From sequence record MZ779063.1: a stretch of 64,000 bases of DNA. One strand, written 5' to 3'. Source of the DNA: Staphylococcus phage vB_SauM-UFV_DC4. Positions 20,381 through 29,732 of this stretch are shown here, in pieces (positions within the stretch are counted from its first letter, which is position 1; each line of letters begins with the position of its first letter). The notes beneath the pieces are model-generated. The model saw nothing but the letters and a program-made list of their open reading frames with translations. It did no database searches and was not told the origin of the DNA. The position numbers and the translations under genes were made by a program.

Positions 20381-20507
20381 TTAATTAAAAATTAATTAAT
20401 TTATTATATTTATATTCCTTATTTATTAAAAATTCTTTAATTAAAAATATATTTATTAAAAATTTATTAATAATATTTATATTAATTAAAATTTAATAAT
20501 TAAAAAT
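20381..20507. repeat. Iteron-like array: six copies of the 12-mer TT(A/T)ATTAAAAAT in 127 nt of a divergent intergenic region
   Basis: Copies start at 20381, 20422, 20437, 20452, 20482 and 20496. Contains TTAATTAA palindromes. Confidence 0.6.
20437..20483. repeat. Intergenic AT-rich element, copy A
   Basis: ttaattaaaaatatatttatta[aaaatttatta]ataatatttatatt. It is 36/36 identical to 63965..64000 apart from an 11-nt insertion. Confidence 0.7.
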
Positions 20508-20597
20508 AAATAAACTACCCCCTAAATCCCCCTTCTTGTAAAACAAATTCCAAACTATATATTAAATTATTAGCTCAGAAAATTAAAAATTTTTACT

Positions 20598-20642
20598 AAA
20601 TAATATATCTGTTACAAAATGTATTAATCTAATACAGATATA
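20598..20642. promoter_or_regulatory. 11-bp perfect inverted repeat aatatatctgt ... acagatatatt with 23-nt spacer; candidate operator or structured leader
   Basis: Seen directly, about 190 nt upstream of the + strand gene starting at 20829. Confidence 0.3.
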
Positions 20643-20828
20643 TTAATTCTTTTTTATAAGTATAATTATATAATTATTTCAATCATTGGTATGTTTATTT
20701 TTGAATTGAATAGAGAACATATTAAGTTAATATAGATTTTTAAATTAAAAATATTATAGAAAATATACAGAGATATATAACAACCTTTTATTAAATATAC
20801 AAAGAGAGCGAGGATTAAATGAGATATA

Positions 20829-23372
20829 ATGGCTATAGAATTTAATGATTTTAATAGATTCAGTAAAGATGATTTAAGAAAATACAATCCTCTCTATTTT
20901 TATAAAGCATTTACTGAAGAAGATATAGAAAATTTAGATGATGTTATTAAATATTGTCAAGGTCTAATTATTAAAGATCAGTCAATGGCAGATAAATTAG
21001 AATCAAATGACTCAATGATGGAATCTGATTTATATATAAGAGCTAAAGATGATACGCTCGATGATTACTATTCAGTTTTCGATAGAGATAGTATATTAAG
21101 AACGTATAAAGAAAAAAATCCATACTATGGTAAATTAAGAAATTTATATGATATTGATCCATACGATTCAAGAACGACTAGCGATTTTCAAATAATAAAA
21201 GCACTTAATAAAACTTTAGATAATAAAGAAGAATCTATATTATTGGAAAGTTATACAGAATCAGTTGAATATTTTAAAAAAGTAACTCATACTAGAGCGT
21301 TTAATAATCAAATATATTACAGAGAAATGTTTTATATGTATCTAATTAATGCAACTCTACATAGATATATTAATAAAACTATGTATAGAATATTCGATGT
21401 TGATAGATATACAAGGAGAGATCTTAAAAATGCATTTATATCTAATGGTTTGGATTACTTTGATGAGTTCCCACTTGAATATCAAAGAAGAACTTACAAA
21501 AGATTAAATGATTTAATTAGAAATAAAGGCACTAATGAAATATTTCCTATAATTGAAGAAATATTCTCTATTAATTCTATTGATATTAATAAATATTATC
21601 TAGCTAAGCATCCGAATGATTTGAAATTTTATAAAACTAATGTAAATGATAATTTCAATCCTTATAAAAATAACCAATATAGCTACAATGAAATTGTCGA
21701 TCTTGATCCATATTGGAGAAATACTAAAGAAGAAGTTATGGATAAAGCATTTAACGTTATACAAACTAAATATTTGTCTACTGATGCTGTTATAGATATA
21801 ATTAATAACAGTAAATCTTTATCATTCTTATACAGTTTAATTAACTTAATGAAAGAAGATAAAAATATTATCGAAGATGACAGTTTCAATATGACTAATA
21901 CAAGAATTAGTTCTAGAAAATTTAATGTCTTTGACGGAATTGTTACACTTAATACACTTGTCATAAATTATATTAAATGGAATGATAACATTAAGAATGA
22001 TAAAAATATGAATATATATGCGTATAATTTTAATTCAGATATAAAAGATACTGTAGATGATATTCGTAATTATATTTATTCTAGACAATTTGATAAATCA
22101 GACTATACTGATTTTGCTAGAGAATTAAATTTCCTTAATATTAAGAAATTTAAAAATAGAAATACATTAAGCTATGAAGATATCATAAATGAATATGAAT
22201 CATCTGACTTAGCTCAAAGACAATTTAAATTCATCTCTGAAATGTTAACTGGTGAAAATGGATCAACTCAATTAGAATATTATATTGAAAATGATTTAAT
22301 TATTGATGGTATGCGTTATTTATGGACTCAGATATCAAAACCAGAAAGAAACTTCTTATTCAAAAATATTTCTTATTATGAAAACTTTATGAAGATATAT
22401 AAGAAATTCTTAAATGTAATGGTAAGAGATGGAAGAATTGATAGAGAAGACGTATATAAAATAATGATTGAAGACGAATCAATTGATAAAGAATTAAAAG
22501 ATTTTGTTAAAGTTATGAATGTTAGATTTTTAAATGAATCTTACGATAGATATAAAGACAATAAGAATGCTGAAAATATTGAAAATATAGTTACTGCAGT
22601 CAGAAAATCTATAGACTATTCAATTAAGAATAATCAATATACTTCTAAAAAACAAATATCTAGATATCCTGCATTAAAATCATATATTTCAGATATATTA
22701 GTTTATGATGATTCTGATAAAGATTTAATAAATATTTATGATATTATTAATATGTATAAGCATAATGAAAAATTCCGTAAAGAACTAGAAGAATTAATAT
22801 ATAATGCGAATGATCCTCATTTAAGAGAAAAATTTATTACATTGCATAAACAACTATTTATCAATAATTCTAGTAATGATGTATTTAATGGATTTAAGAC
22901 CTATTCAGATTATCTTAAATTTAAAGAACCTGATTTGTATTATTATACTATTGTAGAATCAGAAATATATGATGAAGATACATTTGATAGAGAAACTATC
23001 TTTAGAGAAAGAATTTTTGAATTAGTTAGTAGTATTGATAATCATTTAAATTTAAAAGAACAGTATTTCACTAATAGTAATTTTGTAGGTATAGTTAATT
23101 TTATCAGAGATTATATTACTATTTTAATTACATTATTTAAATCTTATTCAACTGATTTAATTTATACTAGTCTATTATTTAAATTAGATGATAAATTTGA
23201 AAATAGTATACATTTAATAGACGAAGCCAATGTTAAATATAGTGGAACTTCTAAAAAAGTAGATAAAATCAATACACTTGACAATAAAAATATCATTGAT
23301 AAAATTAATAGAAAAGAAAGTATTGAGACTAAAGATGAATTAAAAATCTCAATAATTAAGAAGGGAGATTAA
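20829..23372 (+). CDS. Hypothetical large protein (847 aa), possibly virion/morphogenesis-associated
   Basis: ORF opening the long + strand block. Tyr/Asn-rich. No motif recognised. Confidence 0.5.
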   Translation: MAIEFNDFNRFSKDDLRKYNPLYFYKAFTEEDIENLDDVIKYCQGLIIKDQSMADKLESNDSMMESDLYIRAKDDTLDDYYSVFDRDSILRTYKEKNPYYGKLRNLYDIDPYDSRTTSDFQIIKALNKTLDNKEESILLESYTESVEYFKKVTHTRAFNNQIYYREMFYMYLINATLHRYINKTMYRIFDVDRYTRRDLKNAFISNGLDYFDEFPLEYQRRTYKRLNDLIRNKGTNEIFPIIEEIFSINSIDINKYYLAKHPNDLKFYKTNVNDNFNPYKNNQYSYNEIVDLDPYWRNTKEEVMDKAFNVIQTKYLSTDAVIDIINNSKSLSFLYSLINLMKEDKNIIEDDSFNMTNTRISSRKFNVFDGIVTLNTLVINYIKWNDNIKNDKNMNIYAYNFNSDIKDTVDDIRNYIYSRQFDKSDYTDFARELNFLNIKKFKNRNTLSYEDIINEYESSDLAQRQFKFISEMLTGENGSTQLEYYIENDLIIDGMRYLWTQISKPERNFLFKNISYYENFMKIYKKFLNVMVRDGRIDREDVYKIMIEDESIDKELKDFVKVMNVRFLNESYDRYKDNKNAENIENIVTAVRKSIDYSIKNNQYTSKKQISRYPALKSYISDILVYDDSDKDLINIYDIINMYKHNEKFRKELEELIYNANDPHLREKFITLHKQLFINNSSNDVFNGFKTYSDYLKFKEPDLYYYTIVESEIYDEDTFDRETIFRERIFELVSSIDNHLNLKEQYFTNSNFVGIVNFIRDYITILITLFKSYSTDLIYTSLLFKLDDKFENSIHLIDEANVKYSGTSKKVDKINTLDNKNIIDKINRKESIETKDELKISIIKKGD

Positions 23373-23377
23373 AAAGC

Positions 23378-24214
23378 TTGTTTAATTTTGATAGATTTTC
23401 AAGAAGACTTGTTGAAAGTAACGCTATGGAACAAGAAAAAATAGATGAGATAAGCTCAAGAGTGGAAACAAGAGACTCTAACGCTATTAATATCAAATCA
23501 GATTTTAAAGAAGATATAGGAAATTACATTAAAGGTATTGTTAAATTTTCTAATCCTAGAACAGGTGAACTAATACATCAAGAAGAAAATTTAGTTTTAA
23601 TGAGAACTCGTGTTTGGTTATTAGAAAAATTATTTGGTAAAGGTATACCTTCAAACTATAATGCAGATAGTACCCCTGATCGTACAATTTGTTTATTCTC
23701 GATTGGGTCAGGTGGAGCAGATGTTAACAATGCAGCTTTTTCTCCTTATACAGTTAAGTATTCGGATCAAAAATTAAATAGACCAATTCCATTTGTAGTA
23801 GAAAATCCAGATAAAGAAAATTCTGATTTAACTGCAAATAATCCTAGTATGATTGAAGAATTATCTGATGAACAGAGAAGAAAATATTATCTTCCTGAAG
23901 ATAAACAAGATGGAACTACTAGTTTCTATGGTAAACGTTTTACTAATGCGACTAAAGAAAATCCTCTTGGAGATTCAAAAGGATGGATTATTGATAATGA
24001 AGATGGTTCAGTAGCATTTTCATTAAAAATGTCAGTAGAACCAGATGAAGCTAGAGGTTCTATCGTAAATGAATTAGGTTTATGGTTAGCTAAATATAAT
24101 GAAACTGAAAATAAATTTGATGGTACTGAATTAGCTACAAGACTTACATTTGATAGTCGTTCTTTAAAGAACTTATCAGATGGATTAGATATAGAATATA
24201 TTATTTATATTTAA
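23378..24214 (+). CDS. Hypothetical protein
   Basis: ORF 5 nt after the upstream stop. Confidence 0.5.
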   Translation: MFNFDRFSRRLVESNAMEQEKIDEISSRVETRDSNAINIKSDFKEDIGNYIKGIVKFSNPRTGELIHQEENLVLMRTRVWLLEKLFGKGIPSNYNADSTPDRTICLFSIGSGGADVNNAAFSPYTVKYSDQKLNRPIPFVVENPDKENSDLTANNPSMIEELSDEQRRKYYLPEDKQDGTTSFYGKRFTNATKENPLGDSKGWIIDNEDGSVAFSLKMSVEPDEARGSIVNELGLWLAKYNETENKFDGTELATRLTFDSRSLKNLSDGLDIEYIIYI

Positions 24215-24221
24215 TAAAATA

Positions 24222-24251
24222 ACCACAACGATAAATTAATATCGTTGTGGT
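24222..24251. terminator. Bidirectional terminator hairpin
   Basis: 12-bp perfect stem accacaacgata / tatcgttgtggt, loop aattaa, T-rich flank. Confidence 0.65.
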
Positions 24252-24255
24252 ATAT

Positions 24256-24474
24256 TTATTTTTTATCTTGTTCTTTTATCTCTTCTAATAGGATTTCATT
24301 AAAAGTAGATAACTTATCTATTACTTTTCTTTGATTTCTATTTTCTTTTTCTATCATATTAATTCTTATAGATATATCTTCCAAATTCTTAAGGATTAAT
24401 TTAGTTCTTACAATTAATGGTAGACTTATCAATAAGAAATATATTAAGAGGCAAAGGATAACAAGCTGTATCAA
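24256..24474 (-). CDS. Small membrane protein (72 aa): N-terminal TM plus charged coiled-coil tail; holin/antiholin-like
   Basis: TTG start with GGAGG SD 9 nt upstream. TM LVILCLLIYFLLISLPLIV. Antisense to its neighbours and adjacent to the endolysin-like genes. Confidence 0.4.
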   Translation of the reverse strand: MIQLVILCLLIYFLLISLPLIVRTKLILKNLEDISIRINMIEKENRNQRKVIDKLSTFNEILLEEIKEQDKK

Positions 24475-24543
24475 TAGCGGTTTCCTCCAGTACTTACATT
24501 ATAGAAAAAATTTTATAGAAAAGGGAGCGTTGATGAAAATACT

Positions 24544-25212
24544 ATGAATTATAAAGAATCGTTTAAAGAATTTGACTTCAGCAGAGACTTTGAAGCTGTA
24601 GTCATAGATAACTCAGATTTTGATACAAAATATGAAGTTAAGCTATTTGTTTTTGAACTAATAATGACCACCTTGCAAGATTCCCCAAGAAATATCAAAA
24701 GAAATCTATATGCATCAAATATTATTAATATAGAAGATTTAGATATATCTGAGAATATTGATATTGGAAATTATTTAGTCTGTCAACCGTTGATGAATAA
24801 TGATCTTGATAAACCTTTAAGAAAACCTGAATTATATGACAGAGTTTTACTTAAATTCCATAATGCAAATCCTAAATTCCCATATTATTACGATATGCAT
24901 CTTCCAAGAAAATATAAACCTGAAGAACCTCATATTCCTAATAGAAGACAAATCAAAGGAAATTATTATAGATTGCTTATGTATAGAGAAGAAAACATGA
25001 CAGGAAATGACGTTAATGTAGTAGGAATAACACTGCATGGTCTAGGATATTCTGTCAATAAATATGATAGTAAAAACTATATATTCGATAGAACTATGTT
25101 AGAATCATTATTACAGTTCCAAAAAGATAATAACCTTAAACAAGATGGAGACGTTGGCCCAATTACATTTAACAAATTAATAGAAAAATACAATGCAATT
25201 AGCTATTGTTAG
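24544..25212 (+). CDS. Protein with C-terminal peptidoglycan-binding domain (PG_binding_1-like)
   Basis: C-terminus ITLHGLGYSV...FDRTMLESLLQFQKDNNLKQDGDVGPITFNKL fits the LGY...DG.FG..T...FQ...L..DG.VG..T consensus. Confidence 0.5.
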   Translation: MNYKESFKEFDFSRDFEAVVIDNSDFDTKYEVKLFVFELIMTTLQDSPRNIKRNLYASNIINIEDLDISENIDIGNYLVCQPLMNNDLDKPLRKPELYDRVLLKFHNANPKFPYYYDMHLPRKYKPEEPHIPNRRQIKGNYYRLLMYREENMTGNDVNVVGITLHGLGYSVNKYDSKNYIFDRTMLESLLQFQKDNNLKQDGDVGPITFNKLIEKYNAISYC

Positions 25213-25229
25213 AAATGAGGAATTAAAAA

Positions 25230-25814
25230 ATGTATTATGAAATTAAACAAGATAGACGAAGAAGAAGTAGTACTTTTCAAACACATATAATAATTACTCA
25301 TATGAATAATTTAATACTTAAGGAAAACAAATTTAGTGATAGAGATTTACTTAAAGGATCTTATAAATATTCTTGGGGTAAAGTTCAGAATTATCTAATT
25401 AGACATGCTAATATTAGAGCATTACCTATGCATTATTATGTAGAATTAATAGATAAAGATTACGCTGTTATGGAAGGATTATCTGATTATAAACCTAGCT
25501 ACTACCTTCAAGAATTAGCAGATAAAGGAATTATACCTCAGAAATATAAAAATAGTATTTTAATAGCTGTAGCTGATGATTTTAATTTATATAATCCTGA
25601 TGTACGTATGTTTAAACATCTAGCAGATAAATTATTAGTACCTTTATGTAAAAGACATCGATTAAGTTTTCATGAGATAAAATTATTAGATGAAATTTAT
25701 AGAGATGACTATCTTGATCATCTTGATGAAAATCGTTTTGAAACTAAATCTATGAATAGATTTGATAAACAGAGATTAAAAAATCAATTTAATATCTATA
25801 ATGTAATGAAATAA
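25230..25814 (+). CDS. Amidase_2 / PGRP-fold N-acetylmuramoyl-L-alanine amidase-like protein, endolysin candidate
   Basis: RHANI..MHYYVELIDKDYAVMEG..NSILIAVADDFN..FHEI parallels T7 lysozyme blocks VHCSAT..GYHFIIKRDGTVEAG..NSIGVCLVGG..HHEV. The downstream Cys ligand was not found. Confidence 0.4.
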   Translation: MYYEIKQDRRRRSSTFQTHIIITHMNNLILKENKFSDRDLLKGSYKYSWGKVQNYLIRHANIRALPMHYYVELIDKDYAVMEGLSDYKPSYYLQELADKGIIPQKYKNSILIAVADDFNLYNPDVRMFKHLADKLLVPLCKRHRLSFHEIKLLDEIYRDDYLDHLDENRFETKSMNRFDKQRLKNQFNIYNVMK

Positions 25815-25846
25815 AATTTATTTATATTTTGTTACTAACAATATAA

Positions 25847-25870
25847 ATATAGAAATTTAGATTTCTATAT
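25847..25870. terminator. Weak AT-rich hairpin after the amidase-like gene
   Basis: atatagaaat-ttag-atttctatat followed by a T-rich tract. Confidence 0.3.
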
Positions 25871-25979
25871 TGTTTTACCTTTTGTTTTGTCTTATGTTTG
25901 TGCTCTGATTTCAAAGTCATTTTGCTCTTAACTTCGTATAGTATAAAACTTTGCTATTTATAATTTTTTTAGCTAAGTT

Positions 25980-26001
25980 AATAAAGCTTATAAGCTTTAT
26001 T
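25980..26001. promoter_or_regulatory. 22-bp perfect palindrome aataaagcttataagctttatt inside a 375-bp non-coding gap
   Basis: Seen directly. Contains two HindIII hexamers. Confidence 0.3.
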
Positions 26002-26152
26002 GGACAAACTGCCATGTCAAATTTATAAATAACTTACAATATATTAGCGTATTAAGTTTTTATAATAAAAAAATTATTGCTTTCGCTTAATGATTAAATT
26101 TCTATTTTAATCTTTATTTATGATTTACTCCTTATATAAATAAAAAATAAAT

Positions 26153-26182
26153 CCCCAATACCATAGAAAAATGGTATTGGGG
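26153..26182. terminator. Bidirectional terminator hairpin
   Basis: Stem ccccaatacca / tggtattgggg, 8-nt loop, T-rich runs on both strands. Confidence 0.6.
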
Positions 26183-26189
26183 TATTTTA

Positions 26190-26903
26190 TTAACCGAAAT
26201 ATAATTTCTTTCTGTTACTATTAAATATAGAATAATTTTCCATCTTTTCTACTAACTCTCTACGTTTATCTCTTGCTTCACGTAAATCATCCATATTAAG
26301 ATTTAATTCTCCAAAAGTAGTTTGTAAGTTCTGGAATCTACTTCTCATAGCATATAGTGATATTTGAACATCATAAGAAGCTAATTCTAAGAAATAGTCA
26401 TGCATATTATTTGGTACAGAACCAAAATGTTTATCATGATAAGTATTCAGAACTATTAGTAAATTAACAGAACCAATTACAGCAGAACTTAATATTTCTA
26501 TTTTATTAGGATGATGGTATCTAAAAGTAGATGGTGATAAATTAATTGCCATTAAATCAGACATCATTTGACTATCTATAGGATTTCCCATAGCAAATCC
26601 TGCATAAGGACTCATATTACCTGCATATCCAGTTAAATTAGTAACAGGATTATTAGCTCCAATTACTCTATTAATATTAACTATAGGATTCTCAGAATCT
26701 ATATAGAACATATTAGTAGTTCCTTCTACTTTATCTTCTGGTTTTATAATTACTCTTTCTTGCTTAGGATGAAATTTACTAAATGTAGGAATAGTGAATC
26801 TTTCTACTGTTTTAATAATTTCATCAGGTTTTAATTCTAAATCAGTGAACATGAAACCTACATCACGTTCAATATAGTTAAGTATTTCTGTATTGGTTAA
26901 CAT
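26190..26903 (-). CDS. Hypothetical protein, possibly a head morphogenesis/core protein
   Basis: ORF adjacent to the putative prohead protease. Confidence 0.45.
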   Translation of the reverse strand: MLTNTEILNYIERDVGFMFTDLELKPDEIIKTVERFTIPTFSKFHPKQERVIIKPEDKVEGTTNMFYIDSENPIVNINRVIGANNPVTNLTGYAGNMSPYAGFAMGNPIDSQMMSDLMAINLSPSTFRYHHPNKIEILSSAVIGSVNLLIVLNTYHDKHFGSVPNNMHDYFLELASYDVQISLYAMRSRFQNLQTTFGELNLNMDDLREARDKRRELVEKMENYSIFNSNRKKLYFG

Positions 26904-26927
26904 AACCTTTAATCACATCCATACACA

Positions 26928-27770
26928 TTATTTAAAGTTTCTATAGAAATCATCAAGTCCATTAAGAACAGATTCTTCTAAGAACACTTTGATAGTTTTA
27001 TTACTTTCTCTAATTGAAGCTAATTGAGAACCTTTATCATAACTGATATTAGATTCATCAACTCCAGCAAATCCCATATCTTCTGCAATGTATTTCACAT
27101 TATCTGAATTTTCTTTAATATAAGTTAAAACTTCTCTAGGAGAGAATTCAGTAATTTTACCATTAGCAAACATATCAATTGATTCATTTACCATTTGTAA
27201 ATCATTAGGATTATAGTTATTATGACCTTCTGAAATAATATTTTGAATATAAGAATCTTGATGAGATGGAATTACTACCCAATCATAGCAAATTAATCTT
27301 AAAGGCTTAGTAACTTCAACTTCACCAGAAGGAGTTCTATTAATTTTACTGAAACCACGCATTGAGAAAGATACGTCAGATTTTTGTCTAATTAAACCTT
27401 TCATATCTTTACCAGCTGCTGTTTGAGCTGTTTCTACTTCTCCCATTAATTTATTACCATTCCACCAAGTTCTAGTAACAATATGAGAAATATTGCGTTG
27501 ATCAATATACATTTGACGTTTAGGTTCATCACTTAAGGGATGTCCTGATTCCCCGTAAAAAGTTCTTCTTGCTAATTTTTCTTGTATTACTGGACTATCT
27601 AAACCACTTTGAATAACATCTTTACGATAAACACGACCATTACGGTTTTGTCTATCCGCTTCTTGTAACTCAGCAATGAATCTAACCGATTTATTATTAT
27701 CTTGAACTACTTCTGGTTGAGAAGTTGTATTAGATTCATTAATAAGATAAGCTTTTATATCTTTAGACAT
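26928..27770 (-). CDS. Putative prohead core protease (T4 gp21-like), tentative
   Basis: Position next to the scaffold-like and capsid genes. GRVY and GESGHP blocks are reminiscent of phage prohead proteases. Confidence 0.3.
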   Translation of the reverse strand: MSKDIKAYLINESNTTSQPEVVQDNNKSVRFIAELQEADRQNRNGRVYRKDVIQSGLDSPVIQEKLARRTFYGESGHPLSDEPKRQMYIDQRNISHIVTRTWWNGNKLMGEVETAQTAAGKDMKGLIRQKSDVSFSMRGFSKINRTPSGEVEVTKPLRLICYDWVVIPSHQDSYIQNIISEGHNNYNPNDLQMVNESIDMFANGKITEFSPREVLTYIKENSDNVKYIAEDMGFAGVDESNISYDKGSQLASIRESNKTIKVFLEESVLNGLDDFYRNFK

Positions 27771-27870
27771 TTATTTAACTTCCTTTCACATATTAAATTT
27801 AGAATATTTAAATGTTTGATAAGCAATTTTAACAATAGAATATTAACCTTAATGAAAATATGAATAGGAT

Positions 27871-28890
27871 GTGAAATACTTGAAGAATTTCAATGAAGTA
27901 GAAAGTGAATTAAAATATTTCATAGAACAAACAGATAACGATTCTTTTCCTGTTGATTTATATGATAAATTGATTGATATTGAAAAGTATGCAGATGTAG
28001 ATTCTTTTACAAGTGATCAAGTTAGGAAATCGGTTAAATATCTTGTTGCTTTAAAAGATTCACTAGAAAGATTTGAAATTGAAAATGAACAGTCTGAAAT
28101 GGCAGTTAATATGGTTCTTCATAAAATAGAATTTTTAAAAGATAAGTATAATACTCTTTATATTAATAAACGTGTTCCAAATAATGGTTACATAGATAAT
28201 TTATATAAAGAAGATTTCAGTTCTAATATTAATACAGAATTTAATTTTAAACAATTAACTGTAGCATTAGCTGAAAGTCCTGCTGATTCTAAACTAGAAA
28301 GAAAAGCTGTTATTAATTTCTTAATGGAAGGTAATATGAATTATCTCAATGAAGCTTATGACGATGATGATGACGAAGATTATCTTGATGGTCTTGATAG
28401 TAGTTTTGAAACTTCTAAAGAACCTAAAGTTGCTGAAAAGAATTTAAATAGATTAATTGGTTCTGTTAAAAAAGCAACCGCTTCTTCTAAAAATATGAAT
28501 GATAAACAATTAGCTAAAGCTAACCGTATTAGATTTGTAAGAGCTTTATTAACTGGAATTTTATTCTGTATTGGTTTAAAAATTAGTTCAGCAGCTATTG
28601 GTAAAGCTAAAACAGCTTTAATAGGGTTATTGACTGTAATTGTTTATAATGCAAGTAAAGGTAATGAACTTAATAGACTTATCATTGTATTAGAAGAAAG
28701 AATCCAAACTTTAGAGAATAGAATTGATTCGACTGATGATGGAGAAAAGAGAAAAGAATTAAGAATATTAAAATCAGATTTAGAAGGTCAACTTAAGAAA
28801 GCTAATTTCCAAAAGAAATCTATTGAGAAAACTAAAAATGCGATTTCTCGTGGAGATGTAAACGATAGTGGGTCAGCGTATGACTATTAA
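27871..28890 (+). CDS. Prohead scaffold/core-like protein with coiled coil and one hydrophobic segment
   Basis: GTG start. Acidic DDDDEDY stretch. Two ORFs upstream of the capsid gene. Confidence 0.45.
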   Translation: MKYLKNFNEVESELKYFIEQTDNDSFPVDLYDKLIDIEKYADVDSFTSDQVRKSVKYLVALKDSLERFEIENEQSEMAVNMVLHKIEFLKDKYNTLYINKRVPNNGYIDNLYKEDFSSNINTEFNFKQLTVALAESPADSKLERKAVINFLMEGNMNYLNEAYDDDDDEDYLDGLDSSFETSKEPKVAEKNLNRLIGSVKKATASSKNMNDKQLAKANRIRFVRALLTGILFCIGLKISSAAIGKAKTALIGLLTVIVYNASKGNELNRLIIVLEERIQTLENRIDSTDDGEKRKELRILKSDLEGQLKKANFQKKSIEKTKNAISRGDVNDSGSAYDY

Positions 28891-29554
28891 TAATAGAGAT
28901 CTTTTATCTGAATCAATTAAAAAATTATTAAATGGTAATAATATTCTTAATGAAGCTGAAGATGATGAAACTAATAATGATTCTTCAGATACTAATACAG
29001 ATGATACAAGTTCGGAAGATACTACTAATGATAATGAAGAATCTTCAGAAGAAAATTCAGAAACAGAAGAAGATAATCAAGATGATAATAATGAAGATGA
29101 TTCTAGTGCAGATGACTCTGAAAGTGATTCAGGATTAGATGATGGTTCAGAAGAGAATTCAGATGAAGACAATCCTTTAGACGATCAATCTGAAGAAGAA
29201 AATAATGAGCCTAAAGAAACTAATTCAGATAAATATCTAAAATTACAAATATTTAATAAATTAAATGATTTAATAGATGTTTCATTAAAATTTAAAGATA
29301 TTGTAAATGAAAAGAATATGGAATCATTTGATAAAAATGAAAAAGAAAAAATGAGTGAGATTACTGTCCAAACTTCAAATAACTTAGACAGTTTAATTGA
29401 TAGTATTAATTTATTTAACAATAAATTTATAAATAATATTGATGCTGATAAATGTCAAAAACTTTATACGAAGTTTGAAAGTACTTATGAAGAGATCTTC
29501 AATATTTATTTAAAAGAATACAATAAATTGAATAAAGACAAAAAAAGCAAATAG
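28868..29554 (+). CDS. Highly acidic Asp/Glu/Ser/Asn-rich prohead scaffold/internal protein; start more likely ATG at 28880
   Basis: Low-complexity acidic N-terminal half. Immediately upstream of the capsid gene, as with T4 gp22/IP. Confidence 0.45.
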   Translation: MGQRMTINNRDLLSESIKKLLNGNNILNEAEDDETNNDSSDTNTDDTSSEDTTNDNEESSEENSETEEDNQDDNNEDDSSADDSESDSGLDDGSEENSDEDNPLDDQSEEENNEPKETNSDKYLKLQIFNKLNDLIDVSLKFKDIVNEKNMESFDKNEKEKMSEITVQTSNNLDSLIDSINLFNNKFINNIDADKCQKLYTKFESTYEEIFNIYLKEYNKLNKDKKSK

Positions 29555-29732
29555 TTTTATATTTCAAATTTTATTCCGTTTTATTAATATTTATAAAATT
29601 AATAACATTAACATATGAAAAGAAATATTTCATTACAAATAATGATTATTTTTTATAAACAAATTTATATAATAAAATTAATAAATATAAACTACACGCT
29701 AATATATTTAAGAAAAGGAGCAGAAAAAATTT

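Noticed and set aside
20381-20507. Possible CRISPR array suggested by the short direct repeats
   Set aside because: The repeats are 12-nt AT-only units with 2-29-nt gaps and no unique spacers of CRISPR size, and there are no cas genes. They are iteron- or promoter-like, not CRISPR.
20666-20887. 73-aa - strand ORF in the divergent intergenic region
   Set aside because: It has an Ile/Leu/Tyr-only composition from the AT-rich spacer, overlaps the start of the 20829 gene, and has no SD.
25815-26189. Possible tRNA gene in the long non-coding gap
   Set aside because: No GTTCRANYC T-loop motif and no GC-rich acceptor stem were found by eye. A tRNAscan run would be needed to be sure.
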